From a virus (taxonomy: Duplodnaviria > Caudoviricetes): DNA of 64,000 bases. The stretch lies in the IMG/VR virus record IMGVR_UViG_3300011116_001227; one strand, given 5' to 3'. The position numbers and the translations under genes were made by a program. The notes below the pieces were generated by a model. The model saw nothing but the letters and a program-made list of their open reading frames with translations, had not been told where the DNA came from and made no database searches. Every line of letters begins with the position of its first letter. Position 1 is the stretch's first letter. Shown in pieces: positions 29,628-40,248 of this stretch.

Positions 29628-29986
29628 AAGAAAATAAGCTACATCAATCTATTTCTAAGCTCATCACAGAGAGATTAGCAAGAAGAGCGGGAGAGAAATT
29701 AGATTCTTCAACTTGCAGCTCAATTTATCAAGATATATTTTTTACATTGGCTGAAGTTTTTAAAGAAGCACAAACTCCACTATGTAATGAGTCTGTAAAT
29801 CTTTTGTCGCAGATGTACTATGATTCTATTAAAATAAATAACACAATAGAACTAGACCCAAATATCTTTACTCAAAGAGCCAGTCTTAAAAATATCGAAA
29901 TAAAAGAAATTGCACTTTTAGCAACAATGATGAATGGAACAGCATTTGCTACTATCTTCATAGAAGAAGTGAGGAAAAGATCTTGA
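29624..29986 (+). CDS. Hypothetical protein
   Basis: Overlapping stop/start with both neighbours. Confidence 0.55.
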   Translation: MKENKLHQSISKLITERLARRAGEKLDSSTCSSIYQDIFFTLAEVFKEAQTPLCNESVNLLSQMYYDSIKINNTIELDPNIFTQRASLKNIEIKEIALLATMMNGTAFATIFIEEVRKRS

Positions 29987-30708
29987 ATCATAATGTAACA
30001 ACTTACATCTGCGGCTTAAAGCTAGACGGTTTTATAAAACCAGTTCATATTGGCCCAAAGCTTGTTTTCATTGATTGTGGAGCAAGACAAGGTGAAAATT
30101 TTATGTGGGATGGAGTCACACCAGACTCAGGTATTATGTCTAGAAATTTACAGGTGTGTCTATCTAGACCCGGTATTCCTATCGTCGCAAGTTCTCTTAG
30201 AGGAGCAGAAATACACATGTTTGAGCCGAATTCCATGTGGAAAAAAGAGCGACACGAAATAGCAAAAGAAGTCTCAAAATCAGCTCTAGCAGTTTATGTT
30301 CATGACTGCGCAGTTTGGACAAAGAACGAAAAAAAGAATTTCTTTGTAGGAATAGATGAGTTTGGTGATTTAGGAAGTTCTCTTTGTGAAGATAAAAATG
30401 AAAAGCTCGATAGAGAAAATCCCTGTGAGGTAGATTGTATTGATCTTGCAGATTTCATTATTAAAAACTTTAAAGTAAGTGATAATGTCATTCTAAAGAT
30501 TGATGTTGAGGGAGCTGAGTACGACATACTTCCTTGTATGATTAATATTCAAGAGTGTATGGAGAGAATTGATTCTTTATTTGTTGAATGGCATCCTAAC
30601 TTTTTTCCTGAAAAACATAGTCAGTTATTTCCTCAACTCTTCCAAATTTTTTCTCATTTATCGGTCCAGAATGGATTACATTACGCACCATGGCATCCTG
30701 CTTGGTGA
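29983..30708 (+). CDS. FkbM-family SAM-dependent methyltransferase
   Basis: FIDCGARQG, MFEPN, ILKIDVEGAEY, LFVEWH. Confidence 0.8.
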   Translation: MNHNVTTYICGLKLDGFIKPVHIGPKLVFIDCGARQGENFMWDGVTPDSGIMSRNLQVCLSRPGIPIVASSLRGAEIHMFEPNSMWKKERHEIAKEVSKSALAVYVHDCAVWTKNEKKNFFVGIDEFGDLGSSLCEDKNEKLDRENPCEVDCIDLADFIIKNFKVSDNVILKIDVEGAEYDILPCMINIQECMERIDSLFVEWHPNFFPEKHSQLFPQLFQIFSHLSVQNGLHYAPWHPAW

Positions 30709-30712
30709 ATAA

Positions 30713-31576
30713 ATGAAGCTTGTTACAAATAATTATGGTTGTGGAACTTCGTCTTCTATTTTAGACTATGGCATCAAAGACGTAGTAATTGTTTCAGAAG
30801 AAAATTACGATCATATTTTCGATGTCGAAGATGATCTTTTCTTTATTGGACACGATTTTCTTTTTTATTTGTGGGACAATGAAGAAAAATTAAAAAGATG
30901 GATAGATCGATCTCAGAAATACGAACACTGGATTTGGTGTTTTGAGAGAATTGATGCTATTGTACCGATATGGCAACAAAAAAGTCATGCTTCGCTTTCT
31001 ATAGCATCAAAATTTTGCAAGAGAATTTTTGCATGCGATGAAGATGACTGTGACAAATATAATTTTGAATGGTTGCCTCAATGGGCATCTCGAAATTTTT
31101 ATGACTTAAGAAATTCTCAACAGCCAGCTACTGATAAAATTTTATTTAGCGGTCAAGCTGGAATACCAGAATACCACATGAGAAATATTTTGCTTTCCAA
31201 TATTTTGAACAGTGAAGAATTAAAAGATAAGATTTCTATTACAAATACAAAAAGAAGTCTTACATGGGAAGAGTACATACAAAATTTCTTATTTCATAAG
31301 ACAATATTGAATCCTGTCGGTATATTAAAAGGACTCAATACGAGAGCATATGAAGCACTATATGCTGGAAGATTTTTACTTCAACATGCAGCAGGAATTT
31401 ATAAACGTCATGAGAGCTTGCTTCAAGATAATCCTGGCGTGATATTTTTTAGAGATCATTCTGACTTAAAGAAAGCAATTCTAGAATCAGAGATAAGATC
31501 TACAAATACTGAAAAATCTTTTAGTGAACATTCTCTTTACGCAAGAATGAAAATGATTGGAATTGATATCAAATGA
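30713..31576 (+). CDS. Glycosyltransferase-like protein (CgeB/GT1-like C-terminus)
   Basis: ILFSGQ, LNP...LNTRAYEALYAGRFLL. Confidence 0.55.
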   Translation: MKLVTNNYGCGTSSSILDYGIKDVVIVSEENYDHIFDVEDDLFFIGHDFLFYLWDNEEKLKRWIDRSQKYEHWIWCFERIDAIVPIWQQKSHASLSIASKFCKRIFACDEDDCDKYNFEWLPQWASRNFYDLRNSQQPATDKILFSGQAGIPEYHMRNILLSNILNSEELKDKISITNTKRSLTWEEYIQNFLFHKTILNPVGILKGLNTRAYEALYAGRFLLQHAAGIYKRHESLLQDNPGVIFFRDHSDLKKAILESEIRSTNTEKSFSEHSLYARMKMIGIDIK

Positions 31577-32499
31577 TTTCTGAATTAGAAAAAAATTCAA
31601 TTCGATTAAATTGGAAAGAAATATCTAGAAAATTACCTCTTATTTGTGGTTTAAAAACACTCAATGCAGAATTAACAATTTATTCTGTATTAAGACAAGC
31701 TTACCATCAGTTTGATTGCATTGTTATTACTGATGATGGATCAACAGACGGAACAAAAGAAGAAATTGTTAGATGTGTCAAAGATTTTGAGATTAAAAAT
31801 CTAATCTTTGTAGATGTTAGCACAATAAATCCTTGGGAAGATAATCAGATAGAGAAACGACCTGGCGATCATCATGTTCCTCGCCCAGATGGAAAGACAC
31901 ATGCAAAAGCTCAGTGGAAGTCTTATGAATTTATAAAAAAGAATTTTCAAAATTCTATCTTTGTCTCTCTTGAAGACGATGTAATCTTAGAAGATAATAT
32001 AAGATGGAGAATTTTTGATAGAATTTCTAAATGGAATGATCCTTTTACAGATTGTGAATTTTTTAACGTAACTTCTGCTATTAACGAAGATTATGTTCTT
32101 CTTGGTTGTCTAAAAGACGGATCAAAACTTCCGGGTATAGTCCAAAGAAATCTTTACAATAATGGTGGTGATTGGACATTTGCAGCAATTTGGACGGGAG
32201 GAGATCTTTCTATTGGTCCTGATCCTCTTTATCCTTTTGGAGCGTGTATCTATCCTTGGATGGAAAAAAATCAGACAGGTAAAAAAGGGCAAGATGGAGA
32301 AAAATCTTTCGGTTTTCACATGATCAATTATAGAACTTCTAAGATTGGTCTAGAATATGAAACAAACACTCCAGGCGTTTGCAAGATTTCAGATTTGCCT
32401 GTCAATAATGAAGCTGATTGGAATTTATTAAAAAGAATAGGACCAAATAAAATCGATCTTGTGAAGAAAGATGACAACCTAATTCAGGTGTCAAAATGA
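31573..32499 (+). CDS. GT2-family glycosyltransferase
   Basis: VITDDGSTDGT; SLEDD. Confidence 0.7.
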   Translation: MISELEKNSIRLNWKEISRKLPLICGLKTLNAELTIYSVLRQAYHQFDCIVITDDGSTDGTKEEIVRCVKDFEIKNLIFVDVSTINPWEDNQIEKRPGDHHVPRPDGKTHAKAQWKSYEFIKKNFQNSIFVSLEDDVILEDNIRWRIFDRISKWNDPFTDCEFFNVTSAINEDYVLLGCLKDGSKLPGIVQRNLYNNGGDWTFAAIWTGGDLSIGPDPLYPFGACIYPWMEKNQTGKKGQDGEKSFGFHMINYRTSKIGLEYETNTPGVCKISDLPVNNEADWNLLKRIGPNKIDLVKKDDNLIQVSK

Positions 32500-33323
32500 T
32501 ACCAGTTGCTTCTGTTGCGACTCAAAAGAGCTTAAATGAATTTCTTTTATTAAAGCTTTCTCTTGAACAATATCATGAAGTATCGTGGTATGTTTCCACT
32601 GATGAATTTGCTTACAATGTTTTAAAAGATTATAAGAATGTAACTTGTCTTAATCTTATCAAAACAGATGAATGCAGTCATGGAACAAATGACCCTATAA
32701 AAAATAGACTTTTTCTTGAGCTTGTCATGACTAAGTTTAGTGCTATGAAACTTGCAATTGAATCTCATGGCTATGGGTTATTCATAGACGCAGACATCTT
32801 CTTTACATCTCAAATAGAAGACAGAGTTATTGAGTTGATGAAGAATAAGAACATCGATGCAATTCTAAGTCCTCACATGACTAACAATCTAGGACTTGAA
32901 GCGCAAGTAGGGCACTTTAATGTTGGTTTCTTTTCTATGAGAAATAAAGACTACTTGTCTCTACACGAATCCTTGTCGTGGCAACATAAAGAATTTGGTA
33001 TGTATTATGAACAGCAGCCTCTACAATTTAGCTCATATCAATTTTTAACTGTAAATTTACCAATTTATTACAACATTGGTTGGTGGAGATTTAATGAAAA
33101 GCAGACTCAACAGAGACTTCAATTATTAACCACTGACGGGAAGGACATCTATTTTAGTGGATCTAAAGCTGTGTGTTTTCACGTGCATGCACTAAAGAAG
33201 TTAGACTACACCAATTATGGTAAATTCTTGCTAGACAAAGTTTCTTCGCTTATGAAGGAATGTGACAATAAAAACTATAAAAATATTCTAAAGTTTATAG
33301 AGGAAAATCGTGAAGACAACTGA
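32496..33323 (+). CDS. GT-A fold glycosyltransferase
   Basis: LFIDADIFF DxD motif, FNVGF, YYEQQPL, YNIGWW. Confidence 0.7.
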   Translation: MIPVASVATQKSLNEFLLLKLSLEQYHEVSWYVSTDEFAYNVLKDYKNVTCLNLIKTDECSHGTNDPIKNRLFLELVMTKFSAMKLAIESHGYGLFIDADIFFTSQIEDRVIELMKNKNIDAILSPHMTNNLGLEAQVGHFNVGFFSMRNKDYLSLHESLSWQHKEFGMYYEQQPLQFSSYQFLTVNLPIYYNIGWWRFNEKQTQQRLQLLTTDGKDIYFSGSKAVCFHVHALKKLDYTNYGKFLLDKVSSLMKECDNKNYKNILKFIEENREDN

Positions 33324-34185
33324 ACTGGCAAGAGAATTTTTGATAGAAAGAGTTGACCCTTGCTATCCTCCTCATCACACGGGAGATCATCTAGAAGAAG
33401 CATTTGTCAAGTTTTGGCAGGATGAAGGAAACAATGCGAGAAAGCTCATACCTGTGCATTGGACTGCTGTCTACAATCATAAAGTAAAGGAGGGTTTAGG
33501 ACCGGGTACTCCTAATTGGTCATTAAGAAATGATCTTAAAAGATACCTTAATTCCCTTGACAAAAATGACAAGTATTTTGTAGTAACAACTCACGATGAT
33601 GCACCAGCTGAAGATCTACCTCCAAACACAGTAGTTTTTGCAGCGGGAGGTAATGCTAAAAAAATTGACGTAGCGATTCCTCTTACTTGTGGTCCTCACA
33701 ACATTACTGAAGATCCTCTAAGAACAATACCTTGTTCATTTGTTGGATCCATGACTCATCCTATACGACATACATTGTTGTCAAGAGTGCACAATAAACC
33801 TGGCATGCTAGTACAGGCTTTTGAGTGGCAAGAAAAAGTTTCAGATCAAAAAGCAGATCTTTTTAAGCAGATAACTCAAAGATCAATTTTTAGTCTATGT
33901 CCTAGAGGATATGGAGCATCAAGTTATAGACTCTATGAAGCAATACAACTTGGATCTATTCCTGTCTACGTTTCTGATAAGCATCTTCTTCCTTGGAATG
34001 ATGAAATCAAGTGGCAAGACTTCTGTGTAATAGTCCACCCAGCAGATATTGACAATATTGCTGATTTAACACTTGGTCTATCTAACAGCAGAGTAAAAGA
34101 GATGCAAAAAAAATTAGAGAACATTTGGATAAATCATTTTAGTATTGAAGCAACCTGTAAGCATATTCTTAAGAGGACTAAGTGA
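33310..34185 (+). CDS. Exostosin-family (GT47-like) glycosyltransferase
   Basis: SFVGS, SIFSLCPRGYGASSYRLYEAIQLGSIPVYVSD...LPW. Confidence 0.85.
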   Translation: MKTTELAREFLIERVDPCYPPHHTGDHLEEAFVKFWQDEGNNARKLIPVHWTAVYNHKVKEGLGPGTPNWSLRNDLKRYLNSLDKNDKYFVVTTHDDAPAEDLPPNTVVFAAGGNAKKIDVAIPLTCGPHNITEDPLRTIPCSFVGSMTHPIRHTLLSRVHNKPGMLVQAFEWQEKVSDQKADLFKQITQRSIFSLCPRGYGASSYRLYEAIQLGSIPVYVSDKHLLPWNDEIKWQDFCVIVHPADIDNIADLTLGLSNSRVKEMQKKLENIWINHFSIEATCKHILKRTK

Positions 34186-35633
34186 CAAAAATTCTTTTTG
34201 TTATTGCTGATTATCCAGATAAGCGTCAAGACTTTTTTCTCAAATGGATGTCACCAAGAAATAAAGAATATGCATCTAAGCATGGTTTTGAATATAGGGA
34301 ATTATTAAAGCTTCCAAGAGATGAAAATGGAAATTTCTTTAGAAATAATCCTACCTGGTTAAAATTTAAGATCATCAAAGATTGGATTGACTCAGGTGAT
34401 TTAAAACACGGAGATATCGTTTCTCATATTGATGCAGACATATGCATTTTTAATACTGATAAATCATTTCAAACTAGCAAGTCGTTTGGTTATGCAATAG
34501 ACTCATGTAATACTCATTGTATGGGTGCATATACACTGACCATAAATGATTGGTCGATTGACATGTTAAACACTATGCTTTCAGATGACTTATTTGAAAA
34601 ATGTAAAGAAGAAGATCATTGGAAAGCTTTTAGAGAGCAAGCTGCTTGGTACACGATGGCAGGAATTTTACCACATAGCTGGCAACCATTTAATACAATG
34701 CCACACAATGGATTTCATAGCAAAGTAACTAATAATTTAAAGTACTCAATTGATGAGCTTGAAAAACATGTTGAAGTTTTTTCTACTGAATGGAATGTTA
34801 CTCATGTAGCCGGTGAGGGTTTTAATGATTACTTTATGATTCCTACTCACAGAAAAGATACAATCTTTAGACACTTCGCAGGAGGTGGACTTTGGGATGA
34901 AGCATATTTCACAAATACTTCTTCAGAAGCTACTCTAGAACCTTCTCACCTAAGATGTGCTAAACAGTTTAAAAATAACAAAAAAGTTAATGTGAATCTT
35001 TGTAATTCAAATTTTATTAATACTTTAATCAATTCTTTAGGTCTAAGATCTTATCTAGAACTTGGTCTTGGAAATTTTGAAACATTTTCTAATGTAAATT
35101 GTGAAAAAAAGTTAGGCGTAGACATAGACAATGAAAAGTCTAAATTTTTATTAAATGAAAATGAAAAAGTTGTAATTGACTCTACGACTAATTTTTTAAA
35201 AAATACCAAAGAAAAGTTTGATATTATTTTTATAGATGCAGATCATCATAGAAATTCTGTCTTAGATGATGCAATTAATGCACTGGATATTTTAAGTCCA
35301 AAAGGAATTATTTGCTTTCACGATATCGGCCCTACTGAAGTCAACCAAACTTTAGAGACAGCTTGTGGATCTGCATACAAAGCATGGATTAATATAAGAA
35401 ATGGTAATTTAGGTAACAATCTTTATCTTTGTTCTTATGAGCAAGATGATCCTACTCAAGATTCTTATACATCAATTATTGGAGTTCTCTGTAGAACAAG
35501 TTTTGATAAGACTAATTTTCTAGAAAAGAAAGTCGAAGAGAATTGGGAGTCTTATGAAAAAAATAGATCAGAGATTCTTAATGTTTTAAATGTTGAAGAG
35601 ATGATAAAAATTCTTGATTTAAAAAGAGAATAA
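34182..35633 (+). CDS. GT34-like galactosyltransferase fused to class I methyltransferase (Methyltransf_24-like)
   Basis: TWLKFKII, HIDAD, EQAA, EWN; then YLELGLG, FDIIFIDADH, GIICFHD. Confidence 0.7.
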   Translation: MTKILFVIADYPDKRQDFFLKWMSPRNKEYASKHGFEYRELLKLPRDENGNFFRNNPTWLKFKIIKDWIDSGDLKHGDIVSHIDADICIFNTDKSFQTSKSFGYAIDSCNTHCMGAYTLTINDWSIDMLNTMLSDDLFEKCKEEDHWKAFREQAAWYTMAGILPHSWQPFNTMPHNGFHSKVTNNLKYSIDELEKHVEVFSTEWNVTHVAGEGFNDYFMIPTHRKDTIFRHFAGGGLWDEAYFTNTSSEATLEPSHLRCAKQFKNNKKVNVNLCNSNFINTLINSLGLRSYLELGLGNFETFSNVNCEKKLGVDIDNEKSKFLLNENEKVVIDSTTNFLKNTKEKFDIIFIDADHHRNSVLDDAINALDILSPKGIICFHDIGPTEVNQTLETACGSAYKAWINIRNGNLGNNLYLCSYEQDDPTQDSYTSIIGVLCRTSFDKTNFLEKKVEENWESYEKNRSEILNVLNVEEMIKILDLKRE

Positions 35634-36533
35634 ATGAAAATTCTTTATATCACAACTTCTAATCCTAGAGCTCAAGGAGATTTTCAAGAGAATATAATTC
35701 TTCATGGTTTAAGAAGTATACTTGGATCTGATGTAGTAGATCTTCCAAGAAAAAAAGTAATGTATGGAGATTTTTCTGAAACTACAAGAGACGAGCTTCA
35801 CGGTAGAGGATTTACCCTTTACACAAAACCCTTGTTAGACCTTGATGCATCTCAAAGACAATTATCTAGTGTAGATGTAATTCTTTACGGTGTGACCAAT
35901 GCTTATGGAATAACTGACTATCCTGAAGTAAATCAAATTTGTAAAAACATTTGGTATATAGACGGTCATGATACTCCTGACATTAAAAAGACGCCTTGTT
36001 TTAAAAGAGAACTTTTTAGTGATCAAGAAAATGTGTATGCAACAGGATTTGGAATACCCCACTATCAAATTAGACCAATAACTCTTGATAAAGATCAAAA
36101 AGTTCAAAAGACTGCTCCTGCTGAGGCTTTTTTTAAGCCTGAAGTCATGCAGCATTTAAGACATCATTATCCTTATACTTGGAGACAAGAAAAGGATTAT
36201 TACGAAGACATGCAAAGATCTTGGTTTGGTCTGACATGTAAAAAGGGTGGGTGGGATTCTCTTAGACATTATGAGATCATGGCAGCAGGATCTCTTTTGC
36301 TTTTTAGAGAATACGAAAAGAAACCTGTTCTTTGTGCTCCACAAGAACTTCCATGTTACAGTTATTCTTCTTTAGAAGAGCTGGATGATATTATGAATAG
36401 ACTGGTTATTAATAATAGACCTACAAAATCTTATATTGATATGCTTTACGCACAAAGAGAATGGCTGTTAAAGTATGGTACTACTGAAGCTAGAGCGCTG
36501 CAGATAGTTAAGAAATTAATAGAAAAGATATGA
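35634..36533 (+). CDS. Glycosyltransferase-like protein
   Basis: YIDGHD, FKRE, GGWDSLRHYEIMAAGSL. Confidence 0.6.
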   Translation: MKILYITTSNPRAQGDFQENIILHGLRSILGSDVVDLPRKKVMYGDFSETTRDELHGRGFTLYTKPLLDLDASQRQLSSVDVILYGVTNAYGITDYPEVNQICKNIWYIDGHDTPDIKKTPCFKRELFSDQENVYATGFGIPHYQIRPITLDKDQKVQKTAPAEAFFKPEVMQHLRHHYPYTWRQEKDYYEDMQRSWFGLTCKKGGWDSLRHYEIMAAGSLLLFREYEKKPVLCAPQELPCYSYSSLEELDDIMNRLVINNRPTKSYIDMLYAQREWLLKYGTTEARALQIVKKLIEKI

Positions 36534-37333
36534 AAACAAAAGAATTAACAATTTGCTTTCATGCATCAGATACCGATGTGTTGAATAAACAGCTAGATGT
36601 TCTTCAAAAAGATTTTTATTTTTTCGATAAAGTAAATCTTAGAAAAAGATCAGAAATACATCCAGATGCATATGAGTCTTACTCTAAGATGGTTAACACT
36701 GCAATATCTGATTCAAAAACAGACGTAATAATTCTTGTTAATGATAAAGTTTTGCCAAATCAAGGTGAATTAAAAAAAATTGTTCAACTTCTTGACGCAG
36801 GATTTGGTTATGTAGGAATGTATAGCATTGGATTTTGTGGTTTGACTAAAAGCCTTATTAAAAAGATAGGTTGGCTTGACGAAAGATTTCTTGGCGGTGG
36901 TTACGAAGACGATGATTTCTTTTTGCGTCTTAAGTTAAACAATATTGCAATTTATGACTCACATGAATCAAACTACAACTACATGTCAAAACCTTCAAAA
37001 TTGTCTGTATCTGTTCCTCTATCTAAATCAGAACCACACTTTATTTCTAAGTGGAAATTTAATGATCACACAATTGAAAAATTGTTAAAAGAAGAAAATT
37101 ATGAAGACTATTCTTTATTAGAAGCAAAAGAAAAAGAATGGCTTGATTGGAATTGCAGTGTTCTTGGTTATTATTATGGTGTAGGCCCTAAGATAGGAAT
37201 TCCTGAGAATGTGCACGTAAGTAATTTTCAAGGAATGTCTAGAACTTTTAGATTTTCTGTAGTTCCTTATGGCGGACAAATTTTTGGTAAAAATAAGTCT
37301 ATAATTGACGTGAAAGAAATTGAAGAATCATGA
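36530..37333 (+). CDS. GT2-like glycosyltransferase
   Basis: IGWLDERFLGGGYEDDDFFLRL. Confidence 0.7.
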   Translation: MKTKELTICFHASDTDVLNKQLDVLQKDFYFFDKVNLRKRSEIHPDAYESYSKMVNTAISDSKTDVIILVNDKVLPNQGELKKIVQLLDAGFGYVGMYSIGFCGLTKSLIKKIGWLDERFLGGGYEDDDFFLRLKLNNIAIYDSHESNYNYMSKPSKLSVSVPLSKSEPHFISKWKFNDHTIEKLLKEENYEDYSLLEAKEKEWLDWNCSVLGYYYGVGPKIGIPENVHVSNFQGMSRTFRFSVVPYGGQIFGKNKSIIDVKEIEES

Positions 37334-38301
37334 AGAAAAAAGTTCTAATTACAGGTGGACTAGGATTTATAGGAATTCACTGTGTTCAGAAGTGGAAATC
37401 TGAAGGATGGGAAATTCATATTATTGATAATCTTTCTTCAAATGCTATTTCACCTAATCATGATTTTGTTATTGAAGAAAATCTATTAATAAAAAATATT
37501 CTTGATGTAGACTGGAAAGATCTTCCTAAATTTGATCTAATTGTTCATCTTGCATCACCTGTAGGTCCTGTTGGTGTGCTTAAGCACGCAGGTAACATGG
37601 CTAAGATTATTCTTGAAGATATTTATTGGGCAATTACAGGTGCTAAGAAGAATAATTGTCCTCTTATATTCATTTCAACTTCAGAAATTTATGGTCATAG
37701 AGAAGAAAAAAGTTATCTTGAAGAATCAAGTGATAAAGTTCTTCATGGAGATTTTACTGTTAGAAATGAATATGCTATTGCAAAACTTTTGTCGGAAATT
37801 GTCTTGACTAATCACGGAAAGATTAGTAATGAATTTAAATATCAAATCGTAAGACCTTTCAATGTGACAGGAGAATATCAATTACCAGATGGTGGTTTTG
37901 TTTTACCTAGATTTGTAAGTCAAGCATTGAACTGTGAAGATATTACTGTTTATTATGATGGAAAACAATTGAGAGCATTCACATGGGTAAAAGACATAGT
38001 TGATGGAATATTCTTAACTTCTATTGCACAACAAGATTTATGGAATCAAGAGTGGAATATTGGAAACAAGAATAATGAAAGAACTATTCTTTATCTTGCA
38101 GAAAAAGTAAAAGAGTTGACAAAGTCATCATCTAAAATTTCTCATGTAGATCCTACTGATTTGCATGGTCCTCTTTTTGCAGAAGCACCTGAAAAAATTC
38201 CTAATAGCGATAAGATTGAAAGACTTCTTAACTGGCAACCCACAAAAGGTGTAGACGAAGTAATTCAAGAAGTTGTAGATTTCTACAGGAGAAAAAATTG
38301 A
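37330..38301 (+). CDS. NAD-dependent epimerase/dehydratase, UDP-glucuronate decarboxylase (UDP-xylose synthase)-like
   Basis: GGLGFIG, HLASPVGP, ISTSEIYG, YAIAK, RPFNVTG, DGKQLRAFTWVKD. Confidence 0.8.
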   Translation: MKKKVLITGGLGFIGIHCVQKWKSEGWEIHIIDNLSSNAISPNHDFVIEENLLIKNILDVDWKDLPKFDLIVHLASPVGPVGVLKHAGNMAKIILEDIYWAITGAKKNNCPLIFISTSEIYGHREEKSYLEESSDKVLHGDFTVRNEYAIAKLLSEIVLTNHGKISNEFKYQIVRPFNVTGEYQLPDGGFVLPRFVSQALNCEDITVYYDGKQLRAFTWVKDIVDGIFLTSIAQQDLWNQEWNIGNKNNERTILYLAEKVKELTKSSSKISHVDPTDLHGPLFAEAPEKIPNSDKIERLLNWQPTKGVDEVIQEVVDFYRRKN

Positions 38302-39278
38302 AGATTGCATTCCACTCATACCAGCTTGGTGAGAGAGGCACAGAGATTTGTCTCTACAAGTATGCAAAGTATAATCAAGAAATTCTGGGAAATGAGTCTG
38401 TAATAATCTCAACTTCTTCAAGGCCTACGCCCACGTTGTCAAGATTTTCTACAGAGTTTAAAACAATTCTTTATCCAGATGTATGGATAAACGATGGCAA
38501 AAATGACTCATTAAGATCAACTTTAGAAAGTATAGTTGATCGAGAAAAAGTAGATGCATTCTATGCAATTAAGGGTGGAGAAGATGATGGATTTATGCCT
38601 AAAAATTGCAAAAGACTTGCGCATGCAATCTTTAGAATGGATCAACCTCATGGAGATGTTTACGCAGGTGTTTGTAAGTATATTTCTGACAAATATGGAG
38701 GAATTCACCCATATGTTTACCATATCATCGATGCACCTGACGTCAATGAAAATTTAAGAGAAAAATTAGGAATTCCTAAAGACGCTTTTGTTTTTGGTCG
38801 TCATGGAGGAAAAGATACATTTAGCATACAATTTGTAAAAGAAGTTATCAGTTATGTTTTAAGCGTTAGAAATGATGCTTATTTTTTGTTTTTAAATACA
38901 GATAGATTCATAGATCATGAAAGAGTAATTTACTTACCTGCAATTCTTGAAGAAGTAGAAAAAAATAAATTCATTAATACTTGCGATGCAATGATTCATG
39001 CAAGATTAGATGGTGAAATTTTTAGTTTGTCTACTGCAGAATTTTCAATAAAAAATAAACCAGTAATTACTTGGGATGGCTATCTTGATTGTTATGACAG
39101 AGGACATATTGAAATTTTAAGAGAAAAAGGAATATATTTCAAGACTCCTCAAGACCTATTTCAAATTTTAATTAATATAGATCATAATTTTGTTAAAAAC
39201 AACAATTGGGATGCGTATAAAGACACATTTTGTGCAAAAAATGTAATGAATCAATTTAATAAAGTGTTTTTAACTTAA
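38298..39278 (+). CDS. GT-B (GT4-like) glycosyltransferase
   Basis: ERGTE, FGRHGG, HARLDGEIFSLSTAEF. Confidence 0.75.
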   Translation: MKIAFHSYQLGERGTEICLYKYAKYNQEILGNESVIISTSSRPTPTLSRFSTEFKTILYPDVWINDGKNDSLRSTLESIVDREKVDAFYAIKGGEDDGFMPKNCKRLAHAIFRMDQPHGDVYAGVCKYISDKYGGIHPYVYHIIDAPDVNENLREKLGIPKDAFVFGRHGGKDTFSIQFVKEVISYVLSVRNDAYFLFLNTDRFIDHERVIYLPAILEEVEKNKFINTCDAMIHARLDGEIFSLSTAEFSIKNKPVITWDGYLDCYDRGHIEILREKGIYFKTPQDLFQILINIDHNFVKNNNWDAYKDTFCAKNVMNQFNKVFLT

Positions 39279-39287
39279 ACAGCTAAA

Positions 39288-40247
39288 ATGATAATTTCAA
39301 GATGCCCAGTAAGAGTTTCTTTAGCCGGTGGATCAACTGATCTAGATTTATTTTTGCAGAAGTACGGCAAAGGAACAGTTATTAGTTTTTCTGCAAACAT
39401 TTACAATTATATCACTCTTAAATCTGACAGAATGGGTCTTAATGGATTAGAGAAAAAATATGTAATTGATTACATGAAAAGAGAAGTGACTGATTCTATT
39501 GAAGACATTAAAAACGATGTAGCAAGAATTGCATTAAGACATTTTAATGTTGATCCTACGACTGTTTGGTTTACAAGCGACATATATGCATCAGGTTCAG
39601 GATTAGCATCATCGACATCTTATCTAATTGCTTTAATTAATGCAATTCAAACATCACTTAATTTAAACATGACAAGGAGAGAATTGTGTCAAATCTCTCA
39701 TATGCTTGAAAAACAATTCAATCCTTTGACTGGTTACCAAGATCCTTATAGTTGTGGCACTGGTGGTTTTAATAGATTTGACTTTAGTAATAATGGAATA
39801 GTCAGAATAGAAAACCTTAATACAGATATTTTTGATAATTTTGATGCATATCTGGTGCACACGGGCCAAGCAAGAAGTTCAACTGATGTTTTAAAAACAA
39901 TAGATCCTGATAAGTGTCTAAAGTTATTAGACACAGCTGAACAAATGCATCGGTGTATTTTAAGCAATGATTCTAAAGGTGTTCTCGAGCTGATCAAAGA
40001 AGGCTGGCTAATTAAAAAGTCTACTGGCAAAATTGCCGAAGATAAACGCGTTATTGATCTTGATGACATATTAGAGAACGATAAATCTATTTTAGCGCAC
40101 AGGCTTTTAGGCGCAGGAAACGGTGGATATTTTTTAGCATTTGCCAATAAAAATTCAAAAATTGACGACTTGCAAGATAAAACAGGACATCAAATGGTTA
40201 AGATAGACATTTGTCATGCAGGACCAACTTGCATGCAGGTAAGGTGA
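39288..40247 (+). CDS. hddA: GHMP kinase, D-glycero-alpha-D-manno-heptose 7-phosphate kinase-like
   Basis: CPVRVSLAGGSTD, GSGLASS, GYQD, LLGAGNGGYFL; adjacent to gmhA. Confidence 0.85.
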   Translation: MIISRCPVRVSLAGGSTDLDLFLQKYGKGTVISFSANIYNYITLKSDRMGLNGLEKKYVIDYMKREVTDSIEDIKNDVARIALRHFNVDPTTVWFTSDIYASGSGLASSTSYLIALINAIQTSLNLNMTRRELCQISHMLEKQFNPLTGYQDPYSCGTGGFNRFDFSNNGIVRIENLNTDIFDNFDAYLVHTGQARSSTDVLKTIDPDKCLKLLDTAEQMHRCILSNDSKGVLELIKEGWLIKKSTGKIAEDKRVIDLDDILENDKSILAHRLLGAGNGGYFLAFANKNSKIDDLQDKTGHQMVKIDICHAGPTCMQVR

Positions 40248-40248
40248 T

